A stretch of DNA of 64,000 bases. It comes from an uncultured Planctomycetota bacterium (GTDB lineage: Bacteria > Planctomycetota > DG-23 > CAZBND01). The stretch is from assembly GCA_964493415.1 (NCBI GenBank), contig CAZBND010000005.1:39076-103075 (forward strand), given 5' to 3'. A program made the position numbers and the translations under genes. The notes below the pieces were generated by a model. It was not told the DNA's origin and did no database searches. It saw nothing but the letters and a program-made list of their open reading frames with translations. Below, piece after piece: positions 46,991 to 55,653 of the stretch (position 1 is the first letter of the stretch; each line of letters begins with the position of its first letter).

Positions 46991-48487
46991 ATGTATCATC
47001 CTTCCTTTGAAGAATTCAGAAAGCTTGCGCGCACCGAGGGGACGGTTCTAGTCCATCGCCAGCTCCTCGCCGATACCCTTACGCCCGTCTCGGCGTTTCT
47101 CCGTTTGAGCGAAGGGGCGCGCTACGCGTTCCTCCTGGAAAGTGCTTCAGGCGGCGAGACTGTGGGGCGATTCTCGTTCGTCGGCGCCGATCCCCTCCAG
47201 GTTTTCGCTTCACGAGGCAACGACGTCCAATTGCTCCACTCCTCCGGAGAGAAGGAGGAATGGACCGGAGAACCTTTCGCCCAACTGAAGCAGGTCCTGT
47301 CGAGATTCTCCTGCAAGGAGCCCGAGCATCCTGACATGTTCACCGGCGGCGCTGTAGGGTACATATCTTACGATGCGGTTCGCCATATAGAGGACCTCCC
47401 AAATCTTAAGCCCGACAAACTGGGGCTGCCGGAGCTGTATTTTGGCATATATGACACCTTGGTCGTCTTCGACCATCTTCACAAAGTGGTACGGGTCTCG
47501 TGCATGGTCCGCACCGACGAAGCTTCCGCCGCGTCGGCGTACGAACTGGCCTTGGACAAGATCGACAGCGCCGTCGAGCGTCTGCGGCACCCCATCGCTC
47601 TGGTCAGCGACGACGTCCAGGTAAGCGGGCCATTGGACCTTGCATACTCGTCCAACTTCCGCAAAGTGGATTTCGAGGATGCCGTCCGCAGGGCGAAGGA
47701 ATACATCCTGGCCGGAGACGTGTTCCAGGTCGTCCCGTCCCAGCGGCTGGCGGCCACGACCTCCGTGGACGGCCTGGCCATCTATCGCACGCTCCGCGTC
47801 GTCAATCCATCCCCTTACATGTTCTACCTGCGGATGCCCGACGTCTCACTTATAGGTGCGTCGCCCGAGGTGATGGTTAAGGTGGAGAACGGCACCGTCA
47901 CGCTCAGGCCCATCGCCGGAACCCGTAAGCGTGGCGAGACGATCGCCGAAGACAAGGCTCTGGAAAAGGAGCTGCTCGCGGACGAAAAGGAGCGCGCCGA
48001 GCATATCATGCTCGTAGACCTTGCGCGAAACGACGTGGGAAAGGTCTGCGACTTCGCCTCAGTCAAGCTCGACGAATTCATGACGGTGGAGCGATACTCC
48101 CACGTAATGCACCTCACGTCCAACGTGTCGGGCAAGCTCCGTCGGGAATGCGACGCTTTCGACGCGCTGCGAGCTTCCATCCCCGCCGGTACCGTCACGG
48201 GTGCGCCTAAAGTCCGCGCCATGGAGATCATCGAGGAGCTGGAGCCCGAGAAGCGGGGGCCGTATGCGGGTGCTGTCGGAATGCTCGGCTTCGGCGGCGA
48301 CCTCAATACGTGCATCACCATCAGGACAATAACACTTGTCGGCGACATTGCTTACGTACAGGCAGGTGCTGGGATAGTCGCCGACTCCGTTCCCGAAAGG
48401 GAGTACGAGGAGACTCTTAACAAGGCTAAGGCCCTGCTGAAGGCCATTGAAATAGCGGAGCGTCAACTCGGCGCCATAAACGTCTAG
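46991..48487 (+). CDS. Anthranilate synthase component I family (TrpE/PabB)
   Basis: LLESASGGETVGRFSFVG, chorismate-binding C-terminal blocks (GAVGYISYD, PKVRAMEIIEELE, GAGIVADS). Promoter TTGACA-17-TATAAC and a leader hairpin lie upstream. Confidence 0.8.
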   Translation: MYHPSFEEFRKLARTEGTVLVHRQLLADTLTPVSAFLRLSEGARYAFLLESASGGETVGRFSFVGADPLQVFASRGNDVQLLHSSGEKEEWTGEPFAQLKQVLSRFSCKEPEHPDMFTGGAVGYISYDAVRHIEDLPNLKPDKLGLPELYFGIYDTLVVFDHLHKVVRVSCMVRTDEASAASAYELALDKIDSAVERLRHPIALVSDDVQVSGPLDLAYSSNFRKVDFEDAVRRAKEYILAGDVFQVVPSQRLAATTSVDGLAIYRTLRVVNPSPYMFYLRMPDVSLIGASPEVMVKVENGTVTLRPIAGTRKRGETIAEDKALEKELLADEKERAEHIMLVDLARNDVGKVCDFASVKLDEFMTVERYSHVMHLTSNVSGKLRRECDAFDALRASIPAGTVTGAPKVRAMEIIEELEPEKRGPYAGAVGMLGFGGDLNTCITIRTITLVGDIAYVQAGAGIVADSVPEREYEETLNKAKALLKAIEIAERQLGAINV

Positions 48488-48529
48488 ACAGGGAACCAGG
48501 GCCCCGGACAGCCGTAGAGAGGAGAGGAT

Positions 48530-49429
48530 ATGAGCGCCCAGACCATCGACGGGGAAGCGACCGCAGCGAAGATCAAGGAGCAGCTCGTGCCCGACATCGA
48601 CGGGTTGAAAGCCAAGGGCAAGCCCCCACATCTCGTCGCCCTTATGGTCGGCGACAATCCCGCCACGAGAATCTACTCCAACAGTCAGAAGAAAAGCTGC
48701 GAGGAACTGGGCATCGAGTACACGCTGGAGCAGCTCCCCGACGACACAACGGGCCAAGGGCTGGAAAAGCGCATCAAGGAGCTTAATCGCGACGGGTCCG
48801 CCAACGGCATCCTGCTTCAGATGCCCCTTCCGCAGGGAGTCGACGCGCGCGAGCTGCAGGCGATGATCGCGCCCAACAAAGACGTCGAAGGGATGAATCC
48901 CGCAAACATGGGGATGGTAGTGTACGGAAGGCCGCGGCTCGCCCCGTGTACCGCAATGGCGGCGGTGGAGCTCATCAAGGCCACAGGCGTGGAACTCGAA
49001 GGGAAAGAGGTCACCGTCGTTGGCCACAGCGAGATCGTCGGAAAGCCGGTGAGCCTCCTCCTGCTCGACCAATTCTGCACCACTACCGTTTGCCACATCG
49101 CCACGCGGGACCTTGCCCACCATACGAAGAATGCAGAAATACTCGTTGTCGCCGTGGGTAAAGCCGGGCTCATCAAGGGGCAGATGATCAGACCCGGAGC
49201 AATCGTGATCGACGTAGGCATTAACCGTATCACCCTTAAGGACGAAAAGGGCAATCCAGTGCTTACGAGCAAAGGCAAGCCCAAGAAGATTACCGTCGGC
49301 GATGTGGTGTTCGACGAGGCTAAGGAGATTGCATCCCACATTACGCCGGTCCCGGGAGGCGTCGGGCCCGTGACCGTCGCGATCCTTCTCCGGAACACCG
49401 TGGAAGCCGCGAAGATGCAGAGCGAATAA
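48530..49429 (+). CDS. folD: Bifunctional methylene-THF dehydrogenase/methenyl-THF cyclohydrolase
   Basis: Carries the FolD blocks LVGDNPATRIY, NGILLQMPLP and VVGHSEIVGKPV. Confidence 0.9.
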   Translation: MSAQTIDGEATAAKIKEQLVPDIDGLKAKGKPPHLVALMVGDNPATRIYSNSQKKSCEELGIEYTLEQLPDDTTGQGLEKRIKELNRDGSANGILLQMPLPQGVDARELQAMIAPNKDVEGMNPANMGMVVYGRPRLAPCTAMAAVELIKATGVELEGKEVTVVGHSEIVGKPVSLLLLDQFCTTTVCHIATRDLAHHTKNAEILVVAVGKAGLIKGQMIRPGAIVIDVGINRITLKDEKGNPVLTSKGKPKKITVGDVVFDEAKEIASHITPVPGGVGPVTVAILLRNTVEAAKMQSE

Positions 49430-49471
49430 GGGTGCCGCAGTTGTGTTAGAATAGATGTAAGGAGGAGCCCG

Positions 49472-49717
49472 ATGGAGCATACGGTAACACTGCCGCAGCT
49501 TGGAGAAGACGCAGGGGACGAAGCGACCGTGTCGTTCTTTCACTTCGAGGAAGGCGACGAGGTGAAGGAGGGAGACGCCCTGGTCGAGATGGTCACCGAC
49601 AAGGCCGCATTTGACGTTCCCTCGCCCGTGAGCGGAGTCCTGAAGAAGATTCTCGCCGATGAAGACCAAGTCGTGCCGGTGGGCGGCCCGTTGGCGGTGA
49701 TCGAAACCAAGGAATAA
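49472..49717 (+). CDS. Stand-alone lipoyl-binding domain protein (81 aa)
   Basis: EMVTDKA is the lipoyl-lysine motif within a biotinyl/lipoyl hybrid-barrel pattern. Confidence 0.7.
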   Translation: MEHTVTLPQLGEDAGDEATVSFFHFEEGDEVKEGDALVEMVTDKAAFDVPSPVSGVLKKILADEDQVVPVGGPLAVIETKE

Positions 49718-49738
49718 CCTGCACACAGGAGCAGCGCC

Positions 49739-50419
49739 GTGATCATACTCAAGCAGAAAGACTTCGACGAGATCATCGAAGCCCTCTCCGGCGAGCGGAA
49801 AGTTTTCATCGCCGGCTGCACCGACTGCGCCACCACATGCAAAGTTGGAGGGGAAGAAGAACTCGAAAAAATGAAGAAGAAGCTCGAAGGCGCCGGGATT
49901 GAAGTGACCGGAACCTGCGTCTTCGACACGGCGTGCCTTTCCGGAGAGGTGCGCCAGAAAGGAAAGGATAACCAGGAGGCCCTCAAGAACGCCGACAGCA
50001 TTCTGGTGCTCGCGTGCGGAACCGGCGTGCAGACGATAGGGGACCAGCTTGGGTACAGGGTTCACCCCGGCCTGGAGTCTCTTTTCATCGGCGAAGTCGT
50101 GCGACTGGGCAAGTACGAGGAGAAATGCCGGGCCTGCGGAGATTGCGTCCTCGAATACACCGAAGGCATATGCCCCGTCACCAGATGTTCGAAGGGGCTT
50201 CTAAACGGCCCCTGCGGAGGCTACAGCAAGGACGGGAAGTGCGAGGTGGACCCCGAAAAAGACTGCGCTTGGCTACTCATATACGAAAGGCTCAAGGAAC
50301 GTGGCCGCTTGGACAAGATGAAGAAGATGCGGGAGCCGAAGGACTACTCGACAATGTTGTCGCCCAGGCGTCTGGTCTGGGAGAAGCCGAAGGTCAAGGT
50401 CGCAGGAGGGAAGAAGTGA
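49739..50419 (+). CDS. metV: MetV-like Cys-rich small subunit associated with acetogen-type MTHFR
   Basis: About 18 Cys arranged in CxxC-type clusters. Lies immediately upstream of, and overlapping, metF. Confidence 0.6.
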   Translation: MIILKQKDFDEIIEALSGERKVFIAGCTDCATTCKVGGEEELEKMKKKLEGAGIEVTGTCVFDTACLSGEVRQKGKDNQEALKNADSILVLACGTGVQTIGDQLGYRVHPGLESLFIGEVVRLGKYEEKCRACGDCVLEYTEGICPVTRCSKGLLNGPCGGYSKDGKCEVDPEKDCAWLLIYERLKERGRLDKMKKMREPKDYSTMLSPRRLVWEKPKVKVAGGKK

Positions 50420-51291
50420 AACTGCAACAGGCGCTTGAATCCGGGGACTTCGTCATCACGGGAGAGATCGGGCCCCCCAAAGGCACCGACCTCGATCACG
50501 CCCTCGCGGAGGCCAAGGAATATTACACCGACAACGTCGTGGCCGTGAATGTGACCGACCTGCAGAGCTCGGTACTGAGGCTCGGCTCCATGGCGGTCTG
50601 CCACAAGCTCCTGGACATCGGAATAGAGCCGGTTTATCAGATGACCTGCCGCGACCGCAACCGGCTTGCCCTCCAGTCCGACCTCCTCAGCGCGTCTGTC
50701 TTGGGCATCGAGAACGTTCTCGCACTGACCGGCGACCATGTCCCTCTCGGAGATCACCCGCAGGCCAAGCCCGTGTTCGACATCGACTCCGTTCAACTGT
50801 TGCAGGTAATCGATACCCTTCAGCAAGGAAAGGACATGGCCGGCAACGAGCTGGCAGGAGTCCCGAAGTTCTATCCGGGGGCCGTGGTCAGCCCGTGCGC
50901 GGAGCCGCTGGAGCCGCAGTTGTTCAAAATGGAGAAGAAGATTCAGGCGGGAGCGAAGTTCTTCCAGACGCAAGCGGTCTACGACCGCGCAGCGTTCGAG
51001 AATTTCATGGATAAGGTTCGCGGCTTCGGCGTGCCGGTGCTTGTGGGGATCGTCCTCCTGAAGTCGGCAGGCATGGCGAAGTTCATGAACGAAAACGTCG
51101 CAGGCGTTTCAGTGCCCGATGAACTGATAAAGGAGCTCGCCTCCGTCGACAAGAAAGACCGAAAGAAAAAGAGCGTCGAGATCGCCGCAAGGCTCCTACG
51201 CGAAATGAAGGACATGGCCCAGGGGGCTCACATCATGCCCCTCGGATGGGATTCGGAAGTCCCGAAAGTCATAGCAGCAGCCACGGCATAA
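50416..51291 (+). CDS. metF: 5,10-methylenetetrahydrofolate reductase (clostridial/acetogen type)
   Basis: GTG 50416 preceded by AGGAGGG. The MTHFR TIM-barrel blocks FVITGEIGPPKG and CRDRNRLALQSDLL are present. The ORF-track start at 50014 is rejected as an antisense-like low-complexity extension. Confidence 0.8.
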   Translation: MKLQQALESGDFVITGEIGPPKGTDLDHALAEAKEYYTDNVVAVNVTDLQSSVLRLGSMAVCHKLLDIGIEPVYQMTCRDRNRLALQSDLLSASVLGIENVLALTGDHVPLGDHPQAKPVFDIDSVQLLQVIDTLQQGKDMAGNELAGVPKFYPGAVVSPCAEPLEPQLFKMEKKIQAGAKFFQTQAVYDRAAFENFMDKVRGFGVPVLVGIVLLKSAGMAKFMNENVAGVSVPDELIKELASVDKKDRKKKSVEIAARLLREMKDMAQGAHIMPLGWDSEVPKVIAAATA

Positions 51292-51302
51292 TGAGGGATA
51301 AG

Positions 51303-52523
51303 ATGGCGAAGAAGAAACTGCGCCGGGTCGTCTTGGCATACTCAGGGGGACTGGACACCTCGGTCATCCTCCCCTGGCTGAAAGAGACATACGGGTGCGA
51401 GGTGATTGCGTATATCGCCGACGTTGGACAGGGAGAGGAGCTCGATTCCGCGAAAAAGCGGGCTGAAGCCTGCGGAGCAGCCAAGGTGTGCGTCGAAGAC
51501 CTCCGCGAGGAGTTCGTGCAGGACTACGTTTTCCCGGCCTTGAAGGCCGGAGCGGTGTACGAAGGCAGCTATCTACTCGGCACCTCGCTCGCCCGATACA
51601 TCATCGCCGGCAAGCAAGTAGATGTCGCTCACAGGGAGGATGCGGATGCCGTCTGCCACGGCGCTACCGGTAAAGGCAACGATCAGGTTCGGTTCGAGTT
51701 GACCTACATGGCGTTGGATCCGAACCTTGTCGTCATCGCGCCGTGGAAAGATGAAAACTGGAAAATCTCCTCGCGCGAGGACGCCATAGCTTACGCGGCG
51801 CAGCACGAAATCCCCCTTGATGTCTCGACCAAGGATATCTACAGCCGCGACCGGAACATATGGCATCTCAGCCATGAGGGTGCCGACCTCGAATCCCCCG
51901 CCAACGAGCCAACTTCGAACCTCTTCAAGATTTCTAAACCTATCGAGCGGACTCCCGCCAAGCCCAAATACGTCGAGATAGATTTCGAGAAGGGAACACC
52001 CGTCGGGCTCGACGGACGGCCGATGAGCGGCTGCGACCTGGTGAACGAGCTTAACTCCGTGGCGGGCAATCACGGGGTCGGGCAAGTGGACCTGGTCGAG
52101 AATCGCGTCACCGGCATGAAGTCGCGGGGCGTCTACGAGACTCCCGGCGGCACGGTTCTCCACTTAGCTCACAAGAGGCTCGAATCGATCACACTCGATA
52201 AGGCAACAGCGCACTACAAGGAGCTCGTGGCCGTAAAGTACGCCGATCTGGTCTATTCCGGTCTGTGGTTCACTCCCCTCCGCCGAGCGCTCGACGCGTT
52301 CGTCAACTCCACCCAGGAATTCGTGACCGGCACCGTGAAGGTCAAGCTTTTCAAGGGGAATTGCACGCCCGCATCGGTCAAGTCCCCCTACTCACTCTAT
52401 CTCGAGGACTTGGCGAGCTTCGAAATGGGCGACTATGAACCGCAGGATGCCAAAGGCTTTATTTCGCTTTACGGTCTGCCTCTCAAAGTCGTGGGAGCGA
52501 TTCAGAAGCAGAGACCCTCGTAG
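51303..52523 (+). CDS. argG: Argininosuccinate synthase
   Basis: VVLAYSGGLDTSV is the PP-loop. Carries the ArgG blocks ADVGQGEE and GNDQVRFE. ATG 51303 follows GAGGGA. Confidence 0.9.
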   Translation: MAKKKLRRVVLAYSGGLDTSVILPWLKETYGCEVIAYIADVGQGEELDSAKKRAEACGAAKVCVEDLREEFVQDYVFPALKAGAVYEGSYLLGTSLARYIIAGKQVDVAHREDADAVCHGATGKGNDQVRFELTYMALDPNLVVIAPWKDENWKISSREDAIAYAAQHEIPLDVSTKDIYSRDRNIWHLSHEGADLESPANEPTSNLFKISKPIERTPAKPKYVEIDFEKGTPVGLDGRPMSGCDLVNELNSVAGNHGVGQVDLVENRVTGMKSRGVYETPGGTVLHLAHKRLESITLDKATAHYKELVAVKYADLVYSGLWFTPLRRALDAFVNSTQEFVTGTVKVKLFKGNCTPASVKSPYSLYLEDLASFEMGDYEPQDAKGFISLYGLPLKVVGAIQKQRPS

Positions 52524-52545
52524 GATGTAACGGGCCTCCAAAAGA

Positions 52546-52602
52546 CGGGCTCTGCCCCCGCTACCGAATGCAGCAGCCCAGGGCAGAGCCCGTTTCTTCT
52601 TC
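52546..52602. terminator. Bidirectional rho-independent terminator between argG and the convergent isomerase gene
   Basis: GGGCTCTGCCC ... GGGCAGAGCCC is an 11-bp stem, followed by GTTTCTTCTT. Confidence 0.6.
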
Positions 52603-52610
52603 CCTGCGGA

Positions 52611-53447
52611 TTAGACCTGGTCCCTCAACTTCTCCAAGAGAGCCTTTGCCCGCATGATGTCGCCTATTCTATCCGCCCCCCCTTCTCTCTCTATCATGAG
52701 GGGACCCTTGTAGCCGATCTCTTTCAGCTTCGCCACGTATCGCTCCATCCCCACCTCGCCCTCTCCCAGCGGCGTTTCGTGGCCCAGCTTCCCTGCCTCC
52801 GTCGGTCGCTTGCCGTCCTTGACGTGTATGTGGACCACATAGTCCCTGAGCGTTTCCAGCGCCCCGATTGGGTCACCGGAGTCGTACAGGATCATGTTCG
52901 CCGGATCGAAATTGATCTTAACGTTGTCGTTCCCGAGGTCCCTCATGAAGGCAACCATAAGATCGGCCTTCTCCTGGCCTGTCTCCATCGCGAACATCAC
53001 CGACTTCGACCTGCAGTAATCGCTTACCAGCCCTATCGTGCCCAGCAACCGGCGGTAGTCTTCCGAATTCCGATCCTCCGGAATAACGCCTATGTGAGTC
53101 GTTAATATGGGAATGCCGAGTTCGGCGGCGAAGTTCGCGAAGCGCTTCGTCTCCTCGATCCTTTCCTCCAACGTGGCCGGATTTGTCAATCCCACCGTCT
53201 CTTTGACAGCCTGAATGTCCCTGTAACTCTCGCCGGCATAGCCAGCGCAAACCGCCGACGCGAGGACCGAATTGTCCTCAAGCGCCGCCCGCACCTCGTC
53301 CGTTCTCCCTTGGTCGTAGTAGTTCCGCCTGACCGCCCCCTGCAACTGCACCACTTCAATCCCTATCTCCCGAGCCTTCTTTATTGCCTCAACTGCGTCC
53401 TTTATTCCCAATGACGCCAGGAATACCCCAACTTCCATCGGTCGCAT
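52611..53447 (-). CDS. Sugar phosphate isomerase/epimerase (xylose-isomerase-like TIM barrel)
   Basis: Pattern typical of the AP-endonuclease-2/Xyl-isomerase TIM family, with Glu/His/Asp metal ligands (HIHVKD, ETGQE, FDPAN). Confidence 0.7.
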   Translation of the reverse strand: MRPMEVGVFLASLGIKDAVEAIKKAREIGIEVVQLQGAVRRNYYDQGRTDEVRAALEDNSVLASAVCAGYAGESYRDIQAVKETVGLTNPATLEERIEETKRFANFAAELGIPILTTHIGVIPEDRNSEDYRRLLGTIGLVSDYCRSKSVMFAMETGQEKADLMVAFMRDLGNDNVKINFDPANMILYDSGDPIGALETLRDYVVHIHVKDGKRPTEAGKLGHETPLGEGEVGMERYVAKLKEIGYKGPLMIEREGGADRIGDIMRAKALLEKLRDQV

Positions 53448-53480
53448 CTATACTGGCCTCCTTCCTGCTGTCATCAAAAG

Positions 53481-54074
53481 CTACCTGTAACTGCGAAGCA
53501 CGCCGACGACGACCCCTTGGATATCAACCCGGTCTGGAAACATCGGCGGGAGCTTGGGATTCGCCGGTTGCAGCCGAATCCTTCCTCCTTCCCTATAGAA
53601 CTTCTTCAGTGTCACATCGCTCCCGTCAACGAGGGCCACCACGGTCTCCCCATTCCCGGCGACGTTGCGCCGTTCCACTATCACGTAGTCACCGTCCTCT
53701 ATGTGTTCGTCGATCATGGAGTCCCCCCGCACCCGCAGGACGAAGTGATCGTCCGGCCGAGGAAGCATCGCCGCAAGGTCCACCGTCTCGTCTTCCTGAA
53801 CCGCTTCGATCGGCCTGCCCGCCGCAATGTAGCCCAGGAACTTGAGCGACAGCCCGCCTTCCCCCTGGCTCGACCTCAGGACTTTGATCGAGCGAGGCTG
53901 ATAACGCTCGCAGGCGACGTACTGCTTTCGTTCCAAGGCACGCCGGTACTGCAGCGCAGTTACCTCACAAACACGCATGTGCTCGGCAATCTCCCTCAAC
54001 GTCGGAGCGTATCCGTTGCTTGCCGTGTACTTTTCGATGAACTCAAGCACCTTCAGCTGTTTCGGTGTCAACAT
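53481..54074 (-). CDS. lexA: LexA repressor, copy 2
   Basis: LTPKQLKVLEFIEKYTASNGYAPTLREIA is the HTH. RVRGDSMIDEHI...VTLKKF is the S24 domain. Start at the internal Met follows GGAGGAA. Promoter TTGATC-17-TATTAT lies on the minus strand. Confidence 0.85.
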   Translation of the reverse strand: MLTPKQLKVLEFIEKYTASNGYAPTLREIAEHMRVCEVTALQYRRALERKQYVACERYQPRSIKVLRSSQGEGGLSLKFLGYIAAGRPIEAVQEDETVDLAAMLPRPDDHFVLRVRGDSMIDEHIEDGDYVIVERRNVAGNGETVVALVDGSDVTLKKFYREGGRIRLQPANPKLPPMFPDRVDIQGVVVGVLRSYR

Positions 54075-54204
54075 CTCATTCCTCCAGCCCGGAAGTATAA
54101 TAGACCTCGAGGGCGCGGAGATCAATCACCGAACCTCGCCGCTTGACTGAAAATGCCGACGGCATTACAGTATGCTCAGTGGCACACGCGCCAAGGGGGG
54201 ACCA

Positions 54205-54756
54205 ATGCCCGGGGAACTCTTGTCCACAGAGGAGATCTTCGACGGAGAACGTATCTCTCTAAGGCGAGACCGCCTCAGGTACGGCAGCAGCGAAACGACC
54301 CGCGAGGTGGTCGTCCACCCCGGTGCGGCCGCCGCGGTGCCTCTTCTCGACGGCGGGGACGTCCTTCTTGTCAAGCAGTACCGCCACTCCATCGGGGCGA
54401 CCCTCTTCGAAATCCCTGCCGGAACTCTGGAGCCGGGCGAAAGCGCTGATGACTGCATCAGGCGTGAACTGACTGAGGAGGTCGGCTTCCTCGCCGACTC
54501 TCTCCAATTGCTGGTTACGATAGTGCCCTCCCCCGGCGTGATGACGGAAAGAATATCCATCTTCCTCGCCCGCGGAAGGCAGACCGGAAGCCAGAGGCTC
54601 GATCTCGGCGAAGAGCTCATCGTGGCAAGGATGAGTATGACCGAGGCACTTGAGGCCGTGGCCACCGGCGAACTCGTCGATGCCAAGAGCTTTATAGGGC
54701 TCGTCGAGGCGGCAGGTCGGATAGCGCGACGGAACGACCAAGTGGGTGCATCGTGA
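54205..54756 (+). CDS. NUDIX hydrolase (ADP-ribose pyrophosphatase-like)
   Basis: Nudix box GTLEPGESADDCIRRELTEEVG. Confidence 0.85.
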   Translation: MPGELLSTEEIFDGERISLRRDRLRYGSSETTREVVVHPGAAAAVPLLDGGDVLLVKQYRHSIGATLFEIPAGTLEPGESADDCIRRELTEEVGFLADSLQLLVTIVPSPGVMTERISIFLARGRQTGSQRLDLGEELIVARMSMTEALEAVATGELVDAKSFIGLVEAAGRIARRNDQVGAS

Positions 54757-55607
54757 GAAAAGCAAGGGAGCCAATTCGAGGTAGATTCGGAGATTTCAGC
54801 CCGACCGTCGTCGCTCTCCAGGCGATCTGGATCGGCTCATACCTGCTCCACGTCCTTCTGAGGGAGCTGCCCTCGTCGTCGGGGGAAGGGCCGTTCTTGG
54901 ACGCTTTCGCCCTCCACTCGCCGGCGCTCATCTGGGGAGACAAGTGGTGGCAGATGGTCACATACGTCTTCGTTCATGACAAGCTCAGCCTCCTCGTCAT
55001 AAATTGCGTCGTACTGTGGCTGCTCGGGCTTAGGTTGGAGCGCAAACTCGGGGCTGCCAACTTCGCCTGGTTCACAATCGCATGCGGGGTCGCGGCGGCC
55101 GGGGGCAGCCTCAGCGTGGGCCTTCTCCCTTACGGCCCGTCGCCAAGCGGAAGCACAACAATCAGCGGAGGTCTGGGGGCGATTTTGGGTATGGCCGCCG
55201 CATTCGCGATACTGGGGGGTCGCAAGACGATCACCATCACGCCCTTCTTGACACTGCGCGGCAGGGAGCTTGCAGCGGTCGCAGGTGGACTCGCCCTTGC
55301 CATCGCCTTTGTGCGCAACGATGGTGGCCAGTCCGCCCTCGTACTCGCGGGACAACTCATGGGCGCCGCGGCAGGCGCAACCATTGCTTTCGCCAGACCG
55401 AGAGTCGCCGTCCTTGTGGCACGACATCAGAGGGCGGCCAAAGCGCGGCAGGCGGGTCCCGAAAAGGAGACTCGCGAGAAGGTCGATTATCTGCTTGAGA
55501 AGGTGCACAGGGTCGGCTTGGACGGCCTTTCGCGAAAGGAACGTACCTTTCTCAGGAGTGCCAGCAAGCTCTACCGCAGAACAATCGGAAAGAATCTGGG
55601 CAATTGA
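54753..55607 (+). CDS. Rhomboid-like polytopic membrane protein with a C-terminal soluble tail
   Basis: Multiple TM helices, WWQMVTYVFVH and GxSG-like segments. Overlaps the Nudix stop codon. Confidence 0.5.
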   Translation: MRKAREPIRGRFGDFSPTVVALQAIWIGSYLLHVLLRELPSSSGEGPFLDAFALHSPALIWGDKWWQMVTYVFVHDKLSLLVINCVVLWLLGLRLERKLGAANFAWFTIACGVAAAGGSLSVGLLPYGPSPSGSTTISGGLGAILGMAAAFAILGGRKTITITPFLTLRGRELAAVAGGLALAIAFVRNDGGQSALVLAGQLMGAAAGATIAFARPRVAVLVARHQRAAKARQAGPEKETREKVDYLLEKVHRVGLDGLSRKERTFLRSASKLYRRTIGKNLGN

Positions 55608-55653
55608 CTTGGGCGACCGGGGTGCGATCTAGTTTGTCTTTCGGAGGAACACT

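Noticed and set aside
48059-50065. 668-aa antisense ORF spanning the trpE end, folD, the lipoyl gene and metV
   Set aside because: The + strand genes have unmistakable family motifs and RBSs. The antisense frame is Gly/Arg/His-rich, which is typical of GC-driven open frames.
50014-50415. metF start at 50014, fusing an Arg-rich leader to MTHFR
   Set aside because: That frame runs through metV in another frame. GTG 50416 with AGGAGGG matches the conserved MTHFR N-terminus.
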